This document shows positions 37,429 to 47,000 of a DNA stretch of 63,790 nt, in pieces. Numbering within the stretch: position 1 is the first letter of the stretch; every line of letters starts with the position of its first letter. The notes beneath the pieces were generated by a model. That model was not told the DNA's origin, searched no databases, and saw nothing but the letters and a program-made list of their open reading frames with translations. A program made the position numbers and the translations under genes. Origin of the DNA: Candidatus Omnitrophota bacterium (GTDB lineage Bacteria > Omnitrophota > Gorgyraeia > Gorgyraeales > Gorgyraeaceae); contig JAHIYJ010000034.1 in assembly GCA_018814825.1 (NCBI GenBank), forward strand, positions 1 to 63,790, read 5' to 3'.

Positions 37429-38057
37429 GCTGTCTTAAGGCAGGTTACCACTTCAAACGCCTCGCTCTCTTTGCCCTTTTTATCCTCAACCTTTAATCTC
37501 ACCTTTACCGCCTGCGGAAGCTTGCCTTCGGCATCCTCCCCTCCAGAACCATCTCCGGCCACGCCGGAATCCCAGCTGTCCTGCCACGTAATCCCGTCAT
37601 AATATGAAAATTCTAATTCCGAGACTCCCTCCGCCAGGATATCACTATGGTCCTGAGTCGAGAAATCGTAATCCGGATTAATATCCTCATTCCGCATAAT
37701 GACTTTCTGACCTTTATCAAGCCAGTATTCTATCTCGACCAGTTCAAATATGCCGCTGGAAGTCGAGACAAAAGAAAGAAACCCCACCTCTTCCCTCCGA
37801 CCTATAAACCTGGCCTTAGCGTCTTCGCTTAATACGGCCTGCGATATTTCCATGCTCATCTTGCCGATAGCTACGCGCGCGTTATGATAACGCTCGCTTC
37901 TTGTTTCGCCCTTCTGCCATGAACTCGATGAGCTTTTAAAGATAGTGAAAGTCGAGGCCACGACCATGGCCAATATAGCCAGAGCTATAAGGGTTTCGAC
38001 AAGCGTAAAACCATCATCTATCCTGCATAATAAGAGACGCTTACCTCCTGGTGACAT
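37425..38057 (-). CDS. Prepilin-type N-terminal methylation domain protein (GspJ/PulJ-like minor pseudopilin)
   Basis: 210-aa ORF with DDGFTLVETLIALAILAMVV and then KSSSSSWQKGETRSERYHNARVAIGKM. 4-nt overlap with the ychF-like gene. Confidence 0.75.
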   Translation of the reverse strand: MSPGGKRLLLCRIDDGFTLVETLIALAILAMVVASTFTIFKSSSSSWQKGETRSERYHNARVAIGKMSMEISQAVLSEDAKARFIGRREEVGFLSFVSTSSGIFELVEIEYWLDKGQKVIMRNEDINPDYDFSTQDHSDILAEGVSELEFSYYDGITWQDSWDSGVAGDGSGGEDAEGKLPQAVKVRLKVEDKKGKESEAFEVVTCLKTA

Positions 38058-38427
38058 AAGTTATAAAATCCTTTGACCTCTTCTTTGAGCGATCCATCCA
38101 GTTTACGGTAACGGTAACCTTCCTCATGTTATCATTATCATTAAGTCCGTTCAGTTCCGGTTTATCTATGGTTATTTCCCACTCAAAATCTCTGTCTTCC
38201 CCGGCAAGCAGGATTGTCGGCGGGAGCGCCGTAATGGAACCAAATCCCGCCATCTTTACCTCCTCCAGCTTATTCTGCGCTAAAAATGCGGCTTTTGTCA
38301 TCATGCCGGCACGCTGTGACGCCCTTAAGCCCACTGGAAATATCTGCAATACCCCTACAAGGCCAACAGCCAGGACGCCTATGGCAATAATCAATTCTAA
38401 TAGCGAAAAACCTTTTTTATATATCAT
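38041..38427 (-). CDS. Prepilin-type N-terminal methylation domain protein (GspI/PilV-like minor pseudopilin)
   Basis: 128-aa ORF with KKGFSLLELIIAIGVLAVGLVGVLQIFP. 17-nt overlap with the next pseudopilin gene. Confidence 0.75.
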   Translation of the reverse strand: MIYKKGFSLLELIIAIGVLAVGLVGVLQIFPVGLRASQRAGMMTKAAFLAQNKLEEVKMAGFGSITALPPTILLAGEDRDFEWEITIDKPELNGLNDNDNMRKVTVTVNWMDRSKKRSKDFITYVTRR

Positions 38428-38571
38428 GTTGATATACCTTGGAAAATGGTTTATGGGTATAGAAACTTGTTAAGAAGCTAGAAGTAGAAGTCAGATGCTA
38501 GATATCAAGCCTCCAGTATCCACTTCCAGCCTCCTAACCAGCTTCCATAAACTACAACCAAGCTTCTATAT

Positions 38572-39648
38572 TTACTCTATCAACTTAGCGAGTGAAAACA
38601 GCGGCATGAACATGGATATAACAATAAAACCTACGACAAGACCCATGAACACTACAAGTAGGGGCTCAAGAAGGGAGGTCAGTCCGCCTATGGCTACGTC
38701 GACCTCTTCCTCAAAGTTATCCGCTATCTGGATCAGCATCTTGTCCAACTGGCCTGTCTCTTCCCCGATATTCACCATCTTTACCACAAGAGGCGGAAAG
38801 GCCCTACTGGCCTCCATTGGACCCGATACGCTCTCGCCTTCCTTTATGCTGTCACGTACCTCAAGGACGGCGCGGGCTATAAACTCATTGCCTATGGTAT
38901 CCCTCACGGTTTCCAGGGCGTTTAATATAGGAACGCCGCTCGTCAGAAGCGTCCCGAGCGTCCTTGAGAACCTCGCTACACAAACCTGCTGTGTCAGGGC
39001 ACCTACCACAGGAATATGGAGCTTTATCTTATCCACCAACAGCCTCCTGCTAGGTTTCCTTATAATGAGCTTATATAAAAATATAATAGAAATTGGGATA
39101 AGTGGGATCAGGTACCATGCCTTTCTGATCAATTCACTTGTGGTTATAAGCACCTTTGTCGGCAAAGGCAGGGCACCTCCCAGCTCCGAAAACATATTCG
39201 TGAAAGTTGGAATCACGAACACCATGAGCATTATAAGTATCAATACAGCCACCAAAAGGACAAACGACGGATACATAAGCGCGGATTTTATCCTCTCCCT
39301 CAGTTTCTGATTTTTGTCGAGGAATTCGGAGAGACGCTTCAGTATACCTTCGAGCATGCCTCCAAGTTCCCCGGCCTTTATCATGTTAATATAGAATTCC
39401 GGGAATACTCGCGGAAAATGCGAAAGGGATTCGGAAAAATTAGTGCCGCTTTCAACCTCATCGACAAGCTGTCTTATTATATCTTTAAGCGCTCCTGATT
39501 CTAACTGGTCATACAGTGTCCTCAGCGCCTTCACGAGCGGCAGGCCCGCGGCTATAAGCGTGGATAATTGTCTGGTGAATACTACTAATGATTTTGTGCG
39601 GACCTTTTTTTTAAGGGTTAATACTGGGAGGTCTTTCAAAAGTTTCAT
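38572..39648 (-). CDS. Type II secretion/type IV pilus platform protein (GspF/PilC family)
   Basis: 358-aa ORF with two T2SSF repeats (FTRQLSTLIAAGLPLVKALRTL and FSRTLGTLLTSGVPILNALETV) and three TM segments. Confidence 0.85.
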   Translation of the reverse strand: MKLLKDLPVLTLKKKVRTKSLVVFTRQLSTLIAAGLPLVKALRTLYDQLESGALKDIIRQLVDEVESGTNFSESLSHFPRVFPEFYINMIKAGELGGMLEGILKRLSEFLDKNQKLRERIKSALMYPSFVLLVAVLILIMLMVFVIPTFTNMFSELGGALPLPTKVLITTSELIRKAWYLIPLIPISIIFLYKLIIRKPSRRLLVDKIKLHIPVVGALTQQVCVARFSRTLGTLLTSGVPILNALETVRDTIGNEFIARAVLEVRDSIKEGESVSGPMEASRAFPPLVVKMVNIGEETGQLDKMLIQIADNFEEEVDVAIGGLTSLLEPLLVVFMGLVVGFIVISMFMPLFSLAKLIE

Positions 39649-39651
39649 TGA

Positions 39652-40842
39652 TCATCGCTTGACAACAGCATCGTCTATTTCTATGATGAAACCCTGCTTA
39701 ACATCTTTTATATCAGCGGCTGAGATCCTGTCCCTGGTCTGTATAACCGCCAGGGAGCCTATCCGCAGGCTTCCTCTGTATACGTCAAAATTGCCCCCCG
39801 CATCAACGCCGTCCTGTTTACCAAGGTCTATCACTACAAAATTATGCTCCCTGTTAACGGTAACTATTCTTCCTTTAAACTCCGCCTGTCCGCTTATACG
39901 CTCAAGCGAACCCGGACGCACGGCTGATGCCTCCCGGCCCTCTCTCTGTAAAACTATCGGGGGCAAGTCTACCTCGGAGGGCGCGTGATATGCCTCCGCC
40001 CTCAATTCTTTCCCGCCATCAGCCTGTTCCGTAAGCGCGATTTTTAACTTATCAATCTCATGATCCCTGTATTCAAGCTCTCTCTCAAATCTCGACAGCT
40101 TAGACTGGACTTCTTCTTTCTCAGCCAGTAATTTAGCGACCTTATAAGAAGCGTCCTCAAGCTCGGCTAGTCTGTTTCTTAACAGGTCCCTTTCTATTTT
40201 TATATTCTCGGCTTCTTTCCTGCGCTGTTCTGCTCTGTCCTTCTCCTTCAAGAGATCCCTGCTCAGTATCTCAGCGACCCTGCTGGAATCCTCGAACTTC
40301 TCTTCCAAGGCCCTCCTTCCCTCTTCAAACTTTGAGAGAGTCATCTCCGCATCCATGTTCTCCGCCTTCAGCCTTTCTATCTCGGCGTATCGCGGCTCCA
40401 GAGATTCCTTCAGGCGCTTAAGCTCTACCTCCATGGCTATTTTTTCCTTTAATACATCCGCAAGGAAGTTGTCGGATCCCATTTCCTTGAGTTTTTTCTC
40501 AAGATAGAATTTTCCTTTTTTGACCCTGGCAAGTTCCTTGTCAAAATCATCCCTCTTTCTCAAAAACCTGGTGTATTTAGCCTCCAGATCCTCATTTTTG
40601 GAAGACAATATGTTAAATTCTTTCTTAGAGTTTTCCAGTTTTACCTTTATCTCTATGTTCTCCTTGTTCGCCGAGGCGAGTTTGCGGTTTAACTTATCCA
40701 CGCTGGTTTTGAAGAGCTGCTCCAGGCTCACATATTCGTCCAGCAGTCTTTCTTTCGCGACAAAAAACCATCCGGCGCTAAAACTGCTCAACACCACAAG
40801 GGCTACCAGTATCCATAGTATCGAGCGAAGGGTTTTATCCAC
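39652..40842 (-). CDS. N-terminally anchored coiled-coil protein with C-terminal beta-rich domain (unknown function)
   Basis: 396-aa ORF. TM is ILWILVALVVLSSFSAGWFFV, followed by about 250 aa of heptad-rich K/E/L sequence. The C-terminus is KGRIVTVNREHNFVVIDLGKQDGVDAGGNFDVYRGSLRIGSLAVIQT. 3-nt gap to gspF and 15-nt gap from the RND gene. Confidence 0.65.
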   Translation of the reverse strand: MDKTLRSILWILVALVVLSSFSAGWFFVAKERLLDEYVSLEQLFKTSVDKLNRKLASANKENIEIKVKLENSKKEFNILSSKNEDLEAKYTRFLRKRDDFDKELARVKKGKFYLEKKLKEMGSDNFLADVLKEKIAMEVELKRLKESLEPRYAEIERLKAENMDAEMTLSKFEEGRRALEEKFEDSSRVAEILSRDLLKEKDRAEQRRKEAENIKIERDLLRNRLAELEDASYKVAKLLAEKEEVQSKLSRFERELEYRDHEIDKLKIALTEQADGGKELRAEAYHAPSEVDLPPIVLQREGREASAVRPGSLERISGQAEFKGRIVTVNREHNFVVIDLGKQDGVDAGGNFDVYRGSLRIGSLAVIQTRDRISAADIKDVKQGFIIEIDDAVVKR

Positions 40843-40857
40843 TTCCCTACCTCCTTG

Positions 40858-43800
40858 TCAGGCTTCCGTGCGTTCCCGCGGCTTCTGTTTCAGTTTTATT
40901 ATACCATATATTATGTTACGGACAAACAATATTAATTCCTTTGGCTTTACAAAAACGAGCCTCATGTCCTCAAAGATCATATATATGCTGGGAACCAGCA
41001 ATAAGGTCATAACAGTTGAGGAAGCCATGCCCCCTATTACAGTAATAGCGAGCGGAGACCAGAGATTTGCTGATTCACTCCTGTCAAACGCCATAGGCAA
41101 AAGTCCAAGTATAGTGGTAGATGTTGTCATGGCTATAGGCCTAAGGCGGTCTTCGCCGGCCTCTATGAGAGATTTAAATAAATTATTGCTTCTCTTTCTT
41201 AAAAAGTTTATCCTGTCAACTAAAACGATCGCGTTATTGACCACGATGCCGGCAAGCATAATCGCGCCTATTATTACGCCTTGACTTATAGGTTTATGCG
41301 TAATCTTTAAAGCAAGGATCACGCCTATTACCGCAAGAGGCACTGATATCATTATAATGAAAGGCTGCTGATAGGATTCAAAGAGAGAGGCAAGAACCAA
41401 ATAGACAAGAAAAATAGTTATCCATAAAACCCCGGTCGGGAACGCCCATAATTCTTTTTCATTTTTAATGTTTCTCTCGTAATTCCCACCTATCCTGTAA
41501 TAATAATCCTTTGGGAACTCCATGTCAGAGAGATTCGCCCTAATCTTATTTACGGCCTTTATCAGCGAGGAGGTCGTTATCATGGCAGTTATATGTACCA
41601 CTCTCATTTTATTTTTTCTTATAATTTCACTTGCGCCTATCTGTGGAACAAAGTCAGCCACCTGTTCCAGCAATAAAGGCCCTCCATCATTCGAAAAAAG
41701 AACCAATTTCCTTAAGTCATCGAGTCTTTCTCTGTCCTCTTTTCTCAGCCTAGATACTGTTTCCACCTCTCTGGATTCAGTATGATATAATGTGGCTCTC
41801 AATCCTCTTATTTCAGAATGAAGAGTCTCGGCAATATCTTTGGTAGTCAGGCCATATAAACCTGCCTTTTCTTTGTCTACGGCAATGGCCCATTCAGGCC
41901 GACCGCTAATCCTTGACATCCTGATATCCTCAAAACCTTCTATAGTCCCCAGCCTGGTCGCGATAGAAACCGCCAATTCCTTCAGGACATCGTATTCATA
42001 GCCGTAAAGGTCAAGCTCTATTTCTTTCAGACCCTTCTCTTCTATCTCAGAAAAATATATAAACCCCCCCTTATATTTCCTTTCAACGGCTTTAGCTTTT
42101 TCACGGATATCATCTATGACTGTCTTTGTGTCATGTTTTCTTTGGACAAGGGGCTTAAGTTTCACGTATACTTTACTCGACCACGGCTCAACCCTTGAAG
42201 TAAATGTCTTAATCTCCTGTATATCAGCGAGCAGAAACTCGATCTCTTTTGCCATCTGATCCGTCACATCAAGTTTCGCTCCAGGTTCCAGCTCTACAAA
42301 GATGGTGAACCTGCCTTCTTCTGTACCGGCCATGAACTCCCTGTCTGTCTTAGAGCCGATAAAGAGCGCGATGACAAGGATAGCAAAGGCTATTGCCGCG
42401 CATAAATACCTTAACTTGAGACCTAACACAAGTAACTTTCTATAGTATGACCTCACCTGCTCTGATATGCTTTTTTTAAACATAGTCTTTTTATGTCTGC
42501 GCGGGTTTATCGGCTTGGCTTTTATGCGGTCAGAAAGCATAGGCACAATAGTCAAGGCTACAAACAGCGAGCTCAAAAGAGAATAAGTCACAGTCAGGGC
42601 AAGTCCGCTCCAGAGCATGCGGGTAGCCTTGTTAACAAACACAAACGGCAAAAATACTATTATAGTAGTTATGGTGGACGCCACTATGGCAAGGCCTACT
42701 TCAGAGGCACCATTTACTATGGCCTTTGTACAATCCTGTTTCCAGGCTGGGTCGGAAAAGCTGACCTTTTTTTTCTTTTTATCTATGTTATCCAGCACTA
42801 CTATGGAATTATCCACCAGCATGCCTATCCCAAGGGCAAGGCCGCTAAGGGTCATCACATTTATTGATATCTTGTGAAAATACATTGTAATAAACGTGGC
42901 CATGACGGATATGGGTATAGTAACCCCTATGATGGCTGTAACGCGCGGGTCTCTTAAAAATAACAACAGCACTAGGATAGCGAGCATCGCTCCATAAAGA
43001 AGCGAACTTTTTACGGCCTTTATAGCCTCTTCTATGGCATCTGACTGGTTTAAAGTGGCCTTTATGAATATATCCTTGTCTATATTTCTTTTCAGCTTTT
43101 TTATTTCCTCTTCTATATTGAACACAACCTGAATAGTATTAGCTGTCGATTCTTTCTGGATATAAATGGAAACCACAGGCTCTATATCAGTCCTCGCGTA
43201 GTTCGTGGGCTCCAAGAAAGAGTCTTTTACCTTCGCAATCTCTCCCATCTTTATAATCACTCCCTGAGGAGTAGCAATAAGTCCTATGTTCTTAATATCA
43301 TCGAGAGATTTATATTCGCCTATCACCCTGATAAGGTATTTATCTTTGGTCCTTTCTACATCACCTGCCAATAAATTGAGGTTATTGGCTCCAAGCGTAC
43401 CAACAACCTGCTCCATGGGAATACCGTACTGGTACAATTTATTTTTATCCACCTCGACAAGGATTTTTCTTTCACGGCCACCATACACGTCTACGTTAGC
43501 CACGCCCTCTACACGCAATATTCTTTCTTTTATCTGCTCATCCACGACCTTTCTCAGAATCTCAGGGGTATAGCCTTTACCTGTAACAGCCAGGACCAGT
43601 ACAGGTGTATCTGATTCCTTATACTGCGCTATTATTGGTTTTTCAATCTCCTTGGGAAGCTTATCTCTTATTTTTGAGAATTCCTCTCTCACCTCAAGCG
43701 CCGCAAAATCCATGTTGGTGCCGGGCTCAAACTCCAGCCACACCCTGGATTCCCCTGCTTTTGAAGTGGAATATATATTCTCCAGATAACTGACTGTACT

Positions 43801-44016
43801 GACCGCATCTTCCACATACCTAGTGACAAGCGATTCTACCTCTTCAGGAGGCATCCCCCCTCTTACGGCTATTATTATGCTTATATCCCCGTAAACTATA
43901 TTTGGCTTTAATTCAACGGGAAGCCGCAATAAAGACACCACCCCCACCAGCAATATGCCCAGAAATAGCATAAAGATAGTAACCGGGCGTTTAACAGAAA
44001 ACTCGGATAGGTTCAT
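40858..44016 (-). CDS. RND efflux permease (AcrB/MdtC-like), second pump of a tandem pair
   Basis: 1052-aa ORF with RND architecture: 12 TM and two large periplasmic loops. N-terminus is MNLSEFSVKRPVTIFMLFLGILLVGVVSL. Conserved TM4-like motif is GLALGIGMLVDNSIVVLDNI. Confidence 0.92.
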   Translation of the reverse strand: MNLSEFSVKRPVTIFMLFLGILLVGVVSLLRLPVELKPNIVYGDISIIIAVRGGMPPEEVESLVTRYVEDAVSTVSYLENIYSTSKAGESRVWLEFEPGTNMDFAALEVREEFSKIRDKLPKEIEKPIIAQYKESDTPVLVLAVTGKGYTPEILRKVVDEQIKERILRVEGVANVDVYGGRERKILVEVDKNKLYQYGIPMEQVVGTLGANNLNLLAGDVERTKDKYLIRVIGEYKSLDDIKNIGLIATPQGVIIKMGEIAKVKDSFLEPTNYARTDIEPVVSIYIQKESTANTIQVVFNIEEEIKKLKRNIDKDIFIKATLNQSDAIEEAIKAVKSSLLYGAMLAILVLLLFLRDPRVTAIIGVTIPISVMATFITMYFHKISINVMTLSGLALGIGMLVDNSIVVLDNIDKKKKKVSFSDPAWKQDCTKAIVNGASEVGLAIVASTITTIIVFLPFVFVNKATRMLWSGLALTVTYSLLSSLFVALTIVPMLSDRIKAKPINPRRHKKTMFKKSISEQVRSYYRKLLVLGLKLRYLCAAIAFAILVIALFIGSKTDREFMAGTEEGRFTIFVELEPGAKLDVTDQMAKEIEFLLADIQEIKTFTSRVEPWSSKVYVKLKPLVQRKHDTKTVIDDIREKAKAVERKYKGGFIYFSEIEEKGLKEIELDLYGYEYDVLKELAVSIATRLGTIEGFEDIRMSRISGRPEWAIAVDKEKAGLYGLTTKDIAETLHSEIRGLRATLYHTESREVETVSRLRKEDRERLDDLRKLVLFSNDGGPLLLEQVADFVPQIGASEIIRKNKMRVVHITAMITTSSLIKAVNKIRANLSDMEFPKDYYYRIGGNYERNIKNEKELWAFPTGVLWITIFLVYLVLASLFESYQQPFIIMISVPLAVIGVILALKITHKPISQGVIIGAIMLAGIVVNNAIVLVDRINFLRKRSNNLFKSLIEAGEDRLRPIAMTTSTTILGLLPMAFDRSESANLWSPLAITVIGGMASSTVMTLLLVPSIYMIFEDMRLVFVKPKELILFVRNIIYGIIKLKQKPRERTEA

Positions 44017-44020
44017 AAAA

Positions 44021-44093
44021 TCTAGCGGATAGCGGATAGCGGATAGCGGATAGAAAAATAAATACTATCCGCTAAACGCCATACGCTAAATCC
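44021..44093. repeat. Heptamer-built inverted-repeat element between the two RND genes
   Basis: The plus strand reads (TAGCGGA)x4 plus TAG (44023-44053), an 11-nt A/T spacer, the inverted CTATCCGCTA (44065-44074), then AACGCCATACGCTAAATCC. In mRNA sense it begins GGATTTAGCGTAT, like the 36378-36430 element. Confidence 0.75.
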
Positions 44094-44095
44094 AT

Positions 44096-47000
44096 TTATT
44101 CTTCTAACTTCAATTCATACCACCTTCCAGGCCCCAGAGGCCCTCGGGCAATAATAATGTTTTTATCCACAAGTTCTTTTAAGTCTCTTGCCGCAGTGGG
44201 TACAGATATCTTGAACAACTGGGAGTATTCCTTGCGTGTAATCTTTTTTTTCACCCGCAGATGTTCCAAAAACTGCTCCTGTCTCTTGTTCAGTTTTAGC
44301 GACAACCCCTCAGGCTTTTTCTCAGGAAGAGCTATCGCGGCAGGTGGTTCTATTTTTGGCTTTTCTGCTTTCGGCTCAGGTTTAACTGACTCAGGCAGCT
44401 GTATCGACAGAGGTTTCTCAGTTCGCAGCACAGGAACAGGTTTGGATTGGGGCATAACAAAAGCAGGCTTGGGCTTTAAGTCAGCTTTTGGCATAATAAC
44501 GCCAGCTACAATTGTAAATATACAAGGGATTACAAAAAGGGTCAGTATGGTGGAGATTGTAAGCCCTCCCATTACTGTTATGGCCATCGGGCTTTGTAGC
44601 TCTGATCCCTCGGCTATACCCATGGCTAAAGGCAAAAGACCCAATACTGTGGTCATGGTAGTCATGAGTATCGGCCTGAGTCTTGTCTTGCCAGACTCAA
44701 TTACAGCCTCCGTCAGGTCCATGCCCTGCGATCTCAGGTTATTGATAGTATCTATCAATATAATACCATTATTGACCACAATGCCCCCTAGTATTATGAC
44801 TCCAAGCATAACCACTACGCTTATAGGCGTATGTGTCACAAAAAGAGCTACAAGTACCCCCATAATAGATAACGGGACACTAAACATTATAATAAAAGGC
44901 TGCCACAGCGACTCAAACTGGGCGGCCATGATCATATAGACAAGGAGTATGGACAATAAAAGCGCGAATCTCAGGGATTGAAAGGACTCGTTCATCTGCT
45001 GACTCTCACCTGACAAAGCAAGTGTAATATCCTTTTCAGAGTCTTTTGAGGATAACTGAGAAATTTTTTCTCTTTCAATCCTATCTAACATCAGTTTTAC
45101 ATCCCTTATTACCTTATCAAGGGCCCTGTCAGATATATTGGCTGTGACAAGAACCACTCTCTGCTGATCAAGCCGTTTTATCTCGCTAGGACCGATACCC
45201 TGGGTTATATAAGCCACTTCGGAAAGCGGAACCTGTATATCCAGTGGAGAGTAAACAAGAACATTCCTGACCTGCGAAAGATTAGACCTGTCTTCTTTTC
45301 TAAGCCTGACTCTCACATCTATCTCTCTTCCCTCTTCTTTAAATTTAGTCGCGACCACTCCTTTTATAGCAGTATGAGCGGCTTGTGCAATTACGGCCGC
45401 GGAAAGGTTATAAAGAGCTGCCCTGTCTTTTATAATATTCACCTTTGTTTCAGGGGCAGGCTGCGTAAGGCTAGTACGTATTCCATAAATACCTTTAATG
45501 GTTAAAAGATCCTCTTTTATATATCCAGCTACTTTTTCTATCTCATCCAGTTTTTTTCCTTTTATTTCAATCACGATAGGCGCGGATCCCTGGAGCGCTG
45601 TTTTAAAAACGCTCTCCTGTACTACATACTCTATCTCAGCACCTCCCAGATTTAATTTACTAAACTTATCTTTTAATCTTTCTATGACTTTGGAGGTAGC
45701 CGGCCATTGTTTGCCTTTTTTCAGGGTCACTATGCTTTGAGCCTGATGAGACCCCATTGTCTCTAAGCCGCTGGCAAAGTCTTTCTTCTTACTGGAGCCT
45801 ATGCTTACAGCTACACCTTCAACTTCCTTTGTGCCAAAGAACACTTCTTCTATCTTTTTTACGACATTATCAGTTATATCCAGTTTAGTCCCGCTGGGCA
45901 TAGTCAGCTTCATGACAAATTCGCGCTGGTCCACCTTTGGCATAAATTCTTTATCTATGAAAAAGAAAAGTCCCATGCTCAGCACGTAAACTGAAAGCAC
46001 CGCTATTAAAAATATCCATTTAAACTTCAGAACTAACGGCACAATCCTAGCATATACAGACTCTAATCCAAATGTAAATTTTTTATTTTGGACCAAGGGC
46101 CGTTCTTTACTTAGTTTATCTGTTTTTATGGCTGCCAGGCGGGGAATCAGAGAAAGGGCTATAACCAATGAAGCAAGTAGAGAAAAAGTAACAGTAAAGG
46201 CCAGTTCTTTAAACAACTGGCCAGCCACACCTACAACAAATATCATCGGAAGAAAAACCGCAACAGTAGTAAGCGTTGAAGAAAATATCGCTCCTGACAT
46301 CTCGCTTGCGCCAGACTTACTGGCTTCTTTTATATCTTTTTTCTTCTGTAAATGACTATATATATTCTCTATTACTACTATGGCATTATCAACAAGCATG
46401 CCTACGCCCAGGGCTAGGCCCCCCAGAGAAAGCATATTCAATGTAATGCCGTTAAAATACATAAGGCTGAATGCCACCATAATTGACATAGGCATGGAAA
46501 AAGCCACTATCAGGGAAGCCTTTATGTTTCTTAAAAAAACGAATAACACCAGAAAAGCCAGGATCCCTCCCTGTATGGCCGCGTCCATTACTCCGCGTAT
46601 GGATTTTTTTATGAATATGGACTGGTCGTACACTATATTAACTTCCATCCCTGGCGGCAAGTCTCTTTTGATCTGGACCAGCTTATCTCTCACGTTCTGG
46701 GCCACGCGCATGGTATTAACACCCGCCTGTTTCTGCACAGAAATGGAGATATTCTCCTGCCCGTTATAGCGCGATATGCTGGTCTTCTCCTGAAACGTGT
46801 CCTTTATGTCAGCTATATCTTTTAAAAATATAAGGCGGGACTTTTTTTCACCTTGTTCTTCCTGAGGAATCTCAGGCACTTTATCTTCCTCGGATTTATC
46901 CTTACCGACAACGGTTTCTTTTATTTCCGGAACTACTTTAAACTCTCCCATTGTCCTTATAAGATATTCATAAAAATGCTCTTCTATAGTCCCGGCAGGA

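Noticed and set aside
38428-38571. The 144-nt gspF-to-pseudopilin spacer, rich in AGAAG(C/T) and CTTCCAG words, as a third member of the heptamer-hairpin family
   Set aside because: The word repeats are irregular. The only clean pairing is a 7-bp AGAAGCT/AGCTTCT stem enclosing about 85 nt, and there is no shared opening motif. It was left as unexplained low-complexity spacer.
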